Assembly (NCBI GenBank): GCA_017886645.1
Contig: JAGHJM010000012.1
Location: 1 to 49,528 of the forward strand
Length of the DNA stretch: 49,528 nucleotides
DNA from: Clostridia bacterium
Lineage (GTDB): Bacteria > Bacillota > Clostridia > TANB77 > CAG-508
Direction: 5' to 3'
In this document: positions 38,121-46,284 of the stretch, piece after piece
How positions within the stretch are numbered: position 1 is the first letter of the stretch
How the letters are laid out: each line of letters starts with the position of its first letter
Notes under the pieces: generated by a model
Databases searched by the model: none
Told to the model about the DNA's origin: nothing
What the model saw: the letters and a program-made list of their open reading frames with translations, nothing else
Program-made: the position numbers and the translations under genes

Positions 38121-39068
38121 ATGGTAGAAAAAAGAAAAGTTGTTTTAGTAGGGACAGGCTTTGTTGGAATGAGTATGGCATATGCACTTTTAAATCAAGG
38201 AGGAGTAAACGAGCTTGTTTTAATAGATGTGGCAAAAGAAAAAGCAATAGGCGAGGCCATGGATTTATCTGATGGAGTTCCATGTGCTTCTGCCAGAATG
38301 GTAATAAGAGCAGGAGATTATAATGAATGTAAAGACGCAAATATTGTAGTAATTACAGCAGGAGTTGCTCAAAAACCAGGAGAAACAAGACTAGACTTAG
38401 CTAAAACAAATGCTAAAATAATAAAAGAAGTAACAGAAAATGTTGTTAATTCTGGATTCAAAGGTATATTTCTTATTGCAAGTAATCCAGTAGATTTAAT
38501 GACATATGTTGTAGGCAAAGTGTCTGGATTTCCTACAAGTAAAGTAATTGGATCGGGTACGGTTTTAGATACAGCTAGACTTAGATTTTTAGTTGCACAA
38601 CATTTAAATGTATCTAGTAAAAATGTACATGCATATATAATGGGAGAACATGGAGATTCATCATTTGTACCATGGTCTAAAAGTTATATAGGATGTAAAC
38701 CTTTAAAAGATATTATAGAAGAAAGAAAAGAACCAGAAGATGTATTAGAAAACATATATAAACAAGTACAACAAGAAGCTTATGAAATAATAAATAAGAA
38801 AAAAGCTACTTACTATGGAATAGGAATGGGACTTACTAAAATAATAAAAGCTATATTAAATGATGAACATGAAATACTTACAGTTTCTACTTATTTAAAT
38901 GGAGAGTATGGACAAAAAGATATTTATATAGGTGTACCTGCAATAGTAAACTCTAGTGGAGTACAGGAAATTCTAAATTTAAGATTATCTGAGGAAGAGA
39001 AAAATAAATTTAAATATAGTGCTGATGTATTAAGTGAAATGAAAAATGAAATGAATACTATTATTTAA
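38121..39068 (+). CDS. ldh: L-lactate dehydrogenase
   Basis: VVLVGTGFVGMSMAYAL (NAD-binding), ITAGVAQKPGETRLDL, and GEHGDS with the catalytic His. Confidence 0.9.
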   Translation: MVEKRKVVLVGTGFVGMSMAYALLNQGGVNELVLIDVAKEKAIGEAMDLSDGVPCASARMVIRAGDYNECKDANIVVITAGVAQKPGETRLDLAKTNAKIIKEVTENVVNSGFKGIFLIASNPVDLMTYVVGKVSGFPTSKVIGSGTVLDTARLRFLVAQHLNVSSKNVHAYIMGEHGDSSFVPWSKSYIGCKPLKDIIEERKEPEDVLENIYKQVQQEAYEIINKKKATYYGIGMGLTKIIKAILNDEHEILTVSTYLNGEYGQKDIYIGVPAIVNSSGVQEILNLRLSEEEKNKFKYSADVLSEMKNEMNTII

Positions 39069-39100
39069 AAAATAGCAGAGAAAAAACTCTGCTATTTTTA
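39069..39100 (+). terminator. rho-independent terminator after ldh
   Basis: 12-bp stem AAAATAGCAGAG / CTCTGCTATTTT plus T. Confidence 0.8.
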
Positions 39101-39108
39101 ATATTTAA

Positions 39109-39137
39109 TTGACTATTTTACATAATGAATATATAAT
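39109..39137 (+). promoter_or_regulatory. near-consensus sigma-A promoter for the 982-aa ORF
   Basis: TTGACT (39109-39114), 17-nt spacer, TATAAT (39132-39137). Confidence 0.55.
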
Positions 39138-39174
39138 TTGTATATGAAAAAATTTAGTAAGTAGGGGAACTATA

Positions 39175-42123
39175 TTGAAATATTTAACTCATGAACAAAC
39201 TTACGAAAGAGTAAAGAATACTGTTAAAGGAGTAACAGAAGAGCTAGAAGCACTAGAATATATAAATAATTTATCCAAGACTATAGAAGGAGAAATTTAT
39301 ACTTTAGAATTAGAAATTAGCGAAAGCTTTGATGATGCACAAATAGATCAAATTATATATTCAGTTCGTGATGAAAGTGTTGAAATAGACGAAGGTTTAG
39401 ATCGTTGGTTAGAAAATTTTGCAGATGAAAATACTAATGAACATTTGGGGCTGGATTCTGAGCAAATAGCAGATTATTTGGACTTTATAAAAGACAAAGA
39501 AAAAAAGGAAAAATCTATAATATTGTTAAAAAATATTATAGATGGTCCAGAGATTGAACAATATAGAAATACTAGAATATTTTTTGACTTCTTACAAGAA
39601 GAATTACAGGAAGATATGGAAAATGCCCCAGAAATTTTGCAAATAAAACAAAGAGAGTTATTATATGTAATAAGTGAAAATATTATTAATTTAGAACCAA
39701 CAGATATATTCCACTTAGATGCTAACGAAAAAGTAGATACTAATCAACATGCTTTGTATCTAGGATTTAAATTTGCTTCAGAAGATATTTCACCAAATGA
39801 TTTTGAAAGCTTTTATAGAGAAATGGCAAATAAAATAACAAACCCATATACAAAAATTGGTATGAATTTATTATATCTCTCTAAAATAGAAGAATATATG
39901 CTAGACGATTCTAATTACCAGCCAAGCTCGGATTTAATAAGTGAAGCTTTGCCATACCTAGCTTTAAAATTAGGCTTGGATAATGTAGATAAAACAAGTA
40001 TGATGTATGGTGCATCTAGTAATGTTTTTTTAGAAAAAGCAAATATTTGGGATGGAATGTATTTTGTAAATTTTTATATTCAAGAAGCAAATTTGGATAG
40101 AGAATTATATAATTTATTATTAGAATTAATGAAAAATACTAATATAGCTTCAGAATATGCTAATTTAATACAGAAATTAGCTCAAGGAAAAAATAAAGAT
40201 ATAACATATGAACTTGTAAATAATATATTTGAAAACTTTATAAAAAATCAAACAGAAAAGCAAACTAATTCAGAAATTACAGATTCAACATTTACAGCAT
40301 TAGTTTTAAAGTCATTATCTATATCTTCAGAAAATTTTAATGAACATATACAAAATATTCTCTCCGTTATTGAAGAAAAAGAAGAAATAAGCGAAGAAGA
40401 ATTATTTGAAATGTGTAGTTTAATGTTTTATATAGAAAGAATAGAAGGAATATCTCCTAATATTATAAATATGCTAAAAGAAGCTACAGGATATTGGTTA
40501 GATGCTTATATTGATGGGGCAAATATTGATGGATTAAAAATAACTGTAAAAGATATTTGTGAGGAAGCAATACAATTGAATGAAGTGCATGTAAATAGAA
40601 AACTAAGTGACAAAGAAATTGATGATGAGATGTTTAGCTTATCTCAAGATTTTTATAAAGAATATGTAGCTGCATATATATTAAGAAATATATCTGAAAA
40701 AGCAGAAGAGAAAGTATATACTTACGAACAAAAACTTTCACAGAAAGGAATTAATAAAGATAATTATTTAAAAGTTCTTAAATATACATACAGTAATTCT
40801 AAAACATTTAATAGTATTATGCAATTGTTTGATAAGGAAAAGCAAGAATGGCTTAAAAATTTACTTTCATCAAAAAGTAAAGATGAAAATAACAGAGATA
40901 TTGATTGTATGTATCTTATACCATATATTTTCTACATGAAAAATACAGATTATATTAAACAAGCAATTGAGCTACTATATGAAATTTTAGAAGGAGATTC
41001 TAGTAAAATATATAGAAAATCTGCCAATTTAATTAATTTGTTACAAAAAGAACTAGGAGAAGAAGAAAATACATTAGATAGAGTTACTTTAGCAGGAAGA
41101 AAGTTAATGCTTTTAAATATTATGTTTTTACTTCCAGAAGATTTAAAATATGTATATGAAAGTGAAAGCTCTTTATATCATATGGTATTAAGAAATGATA
41201 GTGAAATTAGAGAACATGGGAATTTTTTTGCACTAGGAAGGCTAATAGAAAATATGTCTGTAGATCAATTTGAAAAAAATTTTGAAAGAATATATAATAA
41301 TACTTCAAATGAAGATATAAAAGCTGGGTTAGACTTACTTTATGTATATTGCATGGAAGAATATGCATTGGAAGATGAAGATTTCTCACCCAATATTAAG
41401 AAAATTGCAAAAAAATTACCTGTAATATTAGCTAAATCATATATGGAAAGAGAACTACCTATGCAAATGTATCAACACGGAGCATTTACTAGTACATTTA
41501 AAAGTGATATTCCAAGTTCTATAGAAGCGACAGTAATGTCAAATTATTTAACTAGCTATGATGTAGAAGATGATTTTTATAGTGTGATTATTAATAGAGG
41601 AAATAAAGAGGAAATTTCAAAAGATGATATAGATTGTTTTAGAGGGTTAGGAATGCTAAAAGAAAATGGAAAAAATGGAGAATTTTATAAAAAATATATA
41701 GAGAAATTTTTAGGGAATTTTATAGAAGAGCAAAGAGAAAGATTATTACCTCTAGATCCAGCAAATGAAGAAACATCTAATAATACAACTCTTTCTAAAG
41801 CTTATATAGCAATGGCATTGGCTACTAGCAAATATGATTGCTTTAGTAAAGTCAGTATAGATATTTTAAAAAGGCTAAGCAGTAGTTTAAATGAGGATAG
41901 AGTTTCATCTAATAATTTGTTTGATATAGGTAGTTATTTAATATTTATAGAGAGAAGTATACTAGAAAAATTTCAAATAGATGTAAGTACAATATTATCA
42001 GACTTAGGAGAAAACTGGATGGAATGCTATTTAGATGGAGGAAAAATTCCAGAAGAAATGAAAGCAAATTTAGCAAAGTTATTAAATATTCTTGAAAAAG
42101 AACAAGAATATGAAGAAAGATAG
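39175..42123 (+). CDS. 982-aa acidic cytoplasmic protein with internal repeats, function unknown
   Basis: TTG start after AGGGGAA. No signal peptide or TM helix. Recurrent module ends: LDRWLENFADEN, GYWLDAYIDGANIDG and ENWMECYLDGGKIPEE. LFEMCSLMFYIERIEGI parallels LFDIGSYLIFIERSILE. Confidence 0.75.
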   Translation: MKYLTHEQTYERVKNTVKGVTEELEALEYINNLSKTIEGEIYTLELEISESFDDAQIDQIIYSVRDESVEIDEGLDRWLENFADENTNEHLGLDSEQIADYLDFIKDKEKKEKSIILLKNIIDGPEIEQYRNTRIFFDFLQEELQEDMENAPEILQIKQRELLYVISENIINLEPTDIFHLDANEKVDTNQHALYLGFKFASEDISPNDFESFYREMANKITNPYTKIGMNLLYLSKIEEYMLDDSNYQPSSDLISEALPYLALKLGLDNVDKTSMMYGASSNVFLEKANIWDGMYFVNFYIQEANLDRELYNLLLELMKNTNIASEYANLIQKLAQGKNKDITYELVNNIFENFIKNQTEKQTNSEITDSTFTALVLKSLSISSENFNEHIQNILSVIEEKEEISEEELFEMCSLMFYIERIEGISPNIINMLKEATGYWLDAYIDGANIDGLKITVKDICEEAIQLNEVHVNRKLSDKEIDDEMFSLSQDFYKEYVAAYILRNISEKAEEKVYTYEQKLSQKGINKDNYLKVLKYTYSNSKTFNSIMQLFDKEKQEWLKNLLSSKSKDENNRDIDCMYLIPYIFYMKNTDYIKQAIELLYEILEGDSSKIYRKSANLINLLQKELGEEENTLDRVTLAGRKLMLLNIMFLLPEDLKYVYESESSLYHMVLRNDSEIREHGNFFALGRLIENMSVDQFEKNFERIYNNTSNEDIKAGLDLLYVYCMEEYALEDEDFSPNIKKIAKKLPVILAKSYMERELPMQMYQHGAFTSTFKSDIPSSIEATVMSNYLTSYDVEDDFYSVIINRGNKEEISKDDIDCFRGLGMLKENGKNGEFYKKYIEKFLGNFIEEQRERLLPLDPANEETSNNTTLSKAYIAMALATSKYDCFSKVSIDILKRLSSSLNEDRVSSNNLFDIGSYLIFIERSILEKFQIDVSTILSDLGENWMECYLDGGKIPEEMKANLAKLLNILEKEQEYEER

Positions 42124-42129
42124 AAGATT

Positions 42130-42162
42130 AAATAACTGTATGAAAAATACAGTTATTTTTTT
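42130..42162 (+). terminator. rho-independent terminator after the 982-aa ORF
   Basis: 12-bp stem AAATAACTGTAT / ATACAGTTATTT plus TTTT. Confidence 0.8.
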
Positions 42163-42242
42163 GCTAATTTTTAAAATTTAAGGTTAATTTAAGAAACTGT
42201 TACTATAATGCTTATAAATTTTAAGGAAAGGATACAAACTTT

Positions 42243-42938
42243 ATGGAATTAGAAACAAATGAAAATAAAAAATTAGAAATTGAAGTGGAAGGAGAAAAGT
42301 TTAACAGATATGCTGTAAAAACTCATTTTGTGCAAATTGGGGAAAATTACATTGATATTATAGAAAAATATGTTAAGCCAACATATAAGGAAAATGATTT
42401 TATATCAATTAGTGAAAAAATAATATCTTTATGTCAAAAAAGGATTATATATAAAAAAGATATGAAAGTAAGCAAACTAGCTAAATTTTTATCTAAATTT
42501 GCAATGAAAAGTGATGCTGGTATAGGTGTGGATAGTCCTTATAAAATGCAGGTTGCAATTAATTTATGTGGTAAATTAAAAGTTATATATGCAACTATAG
42601 TAGCAGGAATTGGAAAAATATTTAAAAAGAAAGGTATTTTCTATAAGATAGTTGGTCAAGAAATAAGCGGATTAGATAGCTTTTATGGAAAGGTATTTCC
42701 AGAGTATGCAGAATATGGAATTCGTATACCAGAAAATTCTTCTAAAGTTTGTGATGAAATATATCAAAAATTAGGAATAAAAGCAATGATAGTTGATGTT
42801 AATGATTTTAATGTAGAAATATTAGGAAAATCATTTTCATTAGATTATGATGATAAAACTTTAGCAAGTATTATAAAAGATAATCCTGCAGGGCAATCTA
42901 ATCAACTTACACCAATAATTTTAGTAAGGAAAATATAA
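42243..42938 (+). CDS. CofE-like (F420-0:gamma-glutamyl ligase family, PF01996-like) protein
   Basis: 231 aa. The pattern NDFISISEKIISLCQKR ... AMIVDVNDFN parallels GDVLVVCSTVISKAEGR ... GVIITDTNGR of archaeal CofE. This is a by-eye comparison only. Confidence 0.45.
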   Translation: MELETNENKKLEIEVEGEKFNRYAVKTHFVQIGENYIDIIEKYVKPTYKENDFISISEKIISLCQKRIIYKKDMKVSKLAKFLSKFAMKSDAGIGVDSPYKMQVAINLCGKLKVIYATIVAGIGKIFKKKGIFYKIVGQEISGLDSFYGKVFPEYAEYGIRIPENSSKVCDEIYQKLGIKAMIVDVNDFNVEILGKSFSLDYDDKTLASIIKDNPAGQSNQLTPIILVRKI

Positions 42939-42971
42939 AAACTTATTATAAGAATAATCTAATAAGCTTAT

Positions 42972-42999
42972 ATAAAGATAGTACAAGGACTATCTTTAT
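42972..42999 (+). terminator. hairpin after the CofE-like gene (weak terminator)
   Basis: 11-bp stem ATAAAGATAGT / ACTATCTTTAT, 6-nt loop, short T tail. It is immediately followed by TG-G-TATAAT (43002-43010), a candidate extended -10 for the response regulator. Confidence 0.4.
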
Positions 43000-43032
43000 T
43001 ATGGTATAATATTTATAGAAGTAGGAGGAATA

Positions 43033-43700
43033 ATGAAGGTATTAATAATAGAAGATGATAGGATATTATCAGATACAATAAAACAATGCATAATTAAGTT
43101 ATATGATATTAATCAGGCCTATGATGGTTATAACGGTTATATAATGGCAAAAGAGGCTATATATGATATAATAATACTAGATTTGATGCTACCTGAAATG
43201 TCAGGATATGAAGTATTAAAAAAATTACGTGATAATAAAATATATACTCCTATTTTAATACTTACAGCTAAAGATGGTGTGCAAGATAAAATAAAGGGAT
43301 TTAATTATGGGGCAGATGACTATTTAGTAAAACCATTTGAAAGGGAAGAATTAATTGCAAGGTTAGCGCTATAATTAGAAGAACAAATGGCAATTATACT
43401 ATAAATATACTAGAATTTAAAGACATGAAGCTTGACTTAAATAGTAGAAAAACTTATATAAAAGATGAAGAAATTAATTTACAGGGAAAACAGTTTGATA
43501 TATTAGAGTTTTTAATAAACTCCAAAAATACAATAATAACAAAAGAGCAAATATTTGATAGAATTTGGGGATTTAATTTTGACACAACTGCAAACGTAGT
43601 TGAAGTATATGCAAGCGGATTAAGAAAAACATTAAAAAAATATGGTTATGATAAATATATAAAGACCATAAGAGGAGTAGGCTACATGCTTTCAGATTAA
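43033..43700 (+). pseudogene. OmpR-family response regulator, frameshifted between the receiver and winged-helix domains
   Basis: The receiver domain (VLIIEDD..., DLMLPEMSGYEVL, LTAKD) ends ...ELIARLAL* at 43374. A different frame continues AIIRRTNGNYTINILEFKDMKLDLNSRK... into a Trans_reg_C domain ending at 43700. This is consistent with a 1-nt loss near 43366. Confidence 0.8.
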
Positions 43701-43711
43701 AAGGAGTTACA

Positions 43712-44076
43712 ATGAATGAACAAAAAGAAATGAAAAAGCAATTAATATAGATAGAAACAAAATTACGGAGTTAATGGTAATATTATTAGATAATGCTATA
43801 AAATACACAGCAAAAGGTGACACTATTACAATTAAAACATATCAGAAAGAAGGAAAATGTAATATAGAAGTACAAGATACAGGAATAGGTATTAGTGATG
43901 AAGGACTAAAGGAAGTATTTAATAGATTTTATAGGGAAGATAAAGCACGTTCAAGAGCAACAGGAGGTACAGGATTAGGTTTGTCTATAGCTAGTACTAT
44001 AGTATTGAGTCACAAAGGAACTATAAAAGCAATACACAATAAACCAAAAGGAACAATTATTTTGGTAAAAATATAA
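43712..44076 (+). pseudogene. histidine kinase remnant: start codon region plus the HATPase_c tail only
   Basis: An AAGGAG RBS precedes a 12-codon stub (MNEQKEMKKQLI*). A different frame is open from 43720 and encodes only the N-box to G2-box region (LLDNAIKYT, DTGIGI, FNRFYRED, GGTGLGLSI). There is no TM, HAMP or H-box region. Confidence 0.75.
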
Positions 44077-44080
44077 ATAA

Positions 44081-44108
44081 AAGAGGGCACCAATTATGGT
44101 GCCTTCTT
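44081..44108 (-). terminator. GC-rich hairpin terminator of cassette 2
   Basis: 11-bp stem AAGAGGGCACC / GGTGCCTTCTT (one G:U pair) with a 6-nt loop. The ORF's stop codon lies in the loop. T-rich sequence follows on the - strand. Confidence 0.6.
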
Positions 44109-44408
44109 GATACACAACTCCTTTCTGTGATTTATGCATAGATACAATTTTTCGTAGTTCTCGGTCCCAAGAAGCATGGGGATAGTGTTATAAAGATTCT
44201 TCGAAAGAATAAAACGATTTTTTTTGTCGTCCACATGGACTTCGCCGATGAACACGGCAGAGTCATCATATTTGCTTTTCGAAGAAAAAGTGATGCTCCG
44301 CTTTCCACCGTCAAAGAATACCATAAGATCCCGATTCTCGGGAAGGTCCTCCATAGCTTTGGCTAACTCCTTGGGAATTGTTACACGCCGTTGAGACAAA
44401 AGTTTCAT
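44094..44408 (-). CDS. SpoVT/AbrB-domain (MazE-like looped-hinge-helix) protein of foreign composition
   Basis: MKLLSQRRVTIPKELAKAM is a typical AbrB/MazE N-terminal DNA-binding motif. I prefer the ATG at 44408, downstream of GGAGGTG, to the GTG at 44420, which lies inside the RBS. Confidence 0.65.
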   Translation of the reverse strand: MKLLSQRRVTIPKELAKAMEDLPENRDLMVFFDGGKRSITFSSKSKYDDSAVFIGEVHVDDKKNRFILSKNLYNTIPMLLGTENYEKLYLCINHRKELCIKKAP

Positions 44409-44458
44409 ATGCTGAAACACCTCCGTTTGATTGTGTACTATGAAGAGTTGTACATATA

Positions 44459-44487
44459 ATTATACCAAAAAAATGTAAAAATAGCAA
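44459..44487 (-). promoter_or_regulatory. extended -10 promoter of cassette 2
   Basis: On the - strand: TTGCTA (44487-44482), 17-nt spacer, TG-G-TATAAT (hexamer 44464-44459). Confidence 0.5.
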
Positions 44488-44536
44488 ACAGACATTCTTT
44501 ATAAATTAAATTTTATAATAAGTAAAATTTAATTTA

Positions 44537-45373
44537 TTATACTTTTCCAGCTAATGACACTTCTGATGAATCATAAGTATCATTTACTAATATTGTTGAA
44601 GCAAAATCATTATTTATAGTTAATCTATATTTAGTAGCTAATACATTGTCATTAAGTCCACCAAAATTTTCTTGAATCCATATAAATGAATTTCCTTCTA
44701 TTTTATAATATGTATAACCGTATTCATCATGTTGAAATCCATCTAATTCTTGGTCATTGTTTAAAGTAACTGAAGTACCATAGGATGTATTAATAGATGC
44801 TATGATTTCACCTTTATCATTGACAAAATAAAAATATTCATATTGTCCTGAATCAGGAAAAGCTTTCATAGGAATAACTAAATATTTATTATTCATTATT
44901 TTTAGGTCGCTGACTATTAGTTTTAAATCTTTGGCTAATTGAGGACAAAGAAAGTTTTCTAATACTTTAATAGTTTTAGAATCCAATTGAATTGTACATG
45001 TAGTAGTATAAGTATAATCACCAGATTGCTGTGGAGTTGTAGCATTAATTGTGATTGTATGAGTTTCTCCATTTAATGTTACTTGTTGAGTTAAAATATT
45101 TTGCTCATTACTATAAGAAGTATTAGCATTATTTTCTTCAATATTAGATAATGTGGAATTGGTTTCTGTAATATTTGATGTATTAAGTAATTGATTTTCT
45201 TGGACTAATGTGTTTACATTACTTTGCGATAGAGAAGTTGAATTGTTAAGATTTGAAGTAGTATGATTAATATTTAAATAAATACACATTCCTATGATAA
45301 TTGCAAGTAATAATATAATTACAAGACTTAAAATGACAATAATTAATTTTTTATTATGATTATTTTTTTCCAT
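44537..45373 (-). CDS. membrane-anchored extracytoplasmic protein with an N/S/T-rich linker, unknown function
   Basis: TM helix LIIVILSLVIILLLAIIIGMCIY. I prefer the ATG at 45373 (MEKNNH...) because AAGGAG lies within the first codons of the 45394 start. Either start is possible. Confidence 0.6.
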   Translation of the reverse strand: MEKNNHNKKLIIVILSLVIILLLAIIIGMCIYLNINHTTSNLNNSTSLSQSNVNTLVQENQLLNTSNITETNSTLSNIEENNANTSYSNEQNILTQQVTLNGETHTITINATTPQQSGDYTYTTTCTIQLDSKTIKVLENFLCPQLAKDLKLIVSDLKIMNNKYLVIPMKAFPDSGQYEYFYFVNDKGEIIASINTSYGTSVTLNNDQELDGFQHDEYGYTYYKIEGNSFIWIQENFGGLNDNVLATKYRLTINNDFASTILVNDTYDSSEVSLAGKV

Positions 45374-45545
45374 ATTTATAATTTCTCCTTTCATGTTATA
45401 AGTTGATTTTAACGCTTAAAATATGGTTCGTCAATATTTATTCTTTTTTAGTTTTTATGGTCATGTAACATTAATTAATGCAAATTCATAGAATACAAAT
45501 AAAAAGAAGTTCTTGATGAACTTAAAGAACTGAAAGGAGTTTTTT

Positions 45546-46247
45546 ATGGATTATGAAATTTTAATGAATGGAAATGTAAAGATAGGTACATATGCTCCAG
45601 ATTTTGAAGCAAAAACAACAATGGGAAATATAAAGTTAAGTGATTATAAAGGAAAATGGGTGGTATTATTTTCACATCCAGGAGATTTTACCCCCGTCTG
45701 CACTACAGAAATAATTGCATTTGCAAGAGCTAACAATTATTTTAGTCAGTTAAATACTTGTTTAATTGGATTAAGTGTAGATAGTAATGCTTCACATTTA
45801 GCATGGGTATATGATATTTATTGTAGAACAGGTATAAAAGTACCATTTCCAATAATAGCGGATATGAATGGAGAGATTGCAAGAAAATATGGTATGATTT
45901 CTAGTGATGTAAGCAAAACAGAAACTGTAAGAAATGTTTTTATAATAGATGAAAAAGGAATAATAAGAGCTATATTTGTATATCCTATGCAAATAGGTAG
46001 AGCTATACCAGAAATATTAAGAACTTTACAGGCATTGCAAGTAGCAGATTCAAATAATGGAATGACTCCTGCTAATTGGGTACCATGCGAACCAATAATA
46101 TTACCACCTCCTCAAACATTTCAAGAGTTGCAAAAAAGAATGTTGGAAATTGAAAGAGACAGAAGCGGAATGAATTGGTATTTAAGCTTTAAACAACCTA
46201 ATAATTGTAAACTAATAGAAAATTCCAAAAATCAATTGAAAGAATAA
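45546..46247 (+). CDS. peroxiredoxin (Prx6-like / AhpC-TSA family)
   Basis: WVVLFSHPGDFTPVCTTE peroxidatic-Cys motif; 233 aa. Confidence 0.9.
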   Translation: MDYEILMNGNVKIGTYAPDFEAKTTMGNIKLSDYKGKWVVLFSHPGDFTPVCTTEIIAFARANNYFSQLNTCLIGLSVDSNASHLAWVYDIYCRTGIKVPFPIIADMNGEIARKYGMISSDVSKTETVRNVFIIDEKGIIRAIFVYPMQIGRAIPEILRTLQALQVADSNNGMTPANWVPCEPIILPPPQTFQELQKRMLEIERDRSGMNWYLSFKQPNNCKLIENSKNQLKE

Positions 46248-46284
46248 TAATAGTATGGTATATTGTGTGCAATGAGGTGAACAT

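Larger units (their letters stand above)
44081..44487 (-). other. foreign-composition single-gene cassette 2 (promoter, RBS, ORF and terminator)
   Basis: Hand counts for lines 44161-44400 give 22, 27, 27 and 29 G+C per 60 nt (37-48%), in a background near 25%. The cassette starts 4 nt after the kinase-remnant stop codon. Confidence 0.65.

Noticed and set aside
44501-44537. A perfect AT-only palindrome, ATAAATTAAATTTTA / TAAAATTTAATTTAT, downstream of the 44537..45373 gene.
   Set aside because: It probably acts as that gene's terminator stem, but it has no G:C pairs and no clear T-run on the - strand. Confidence is too low to list it.
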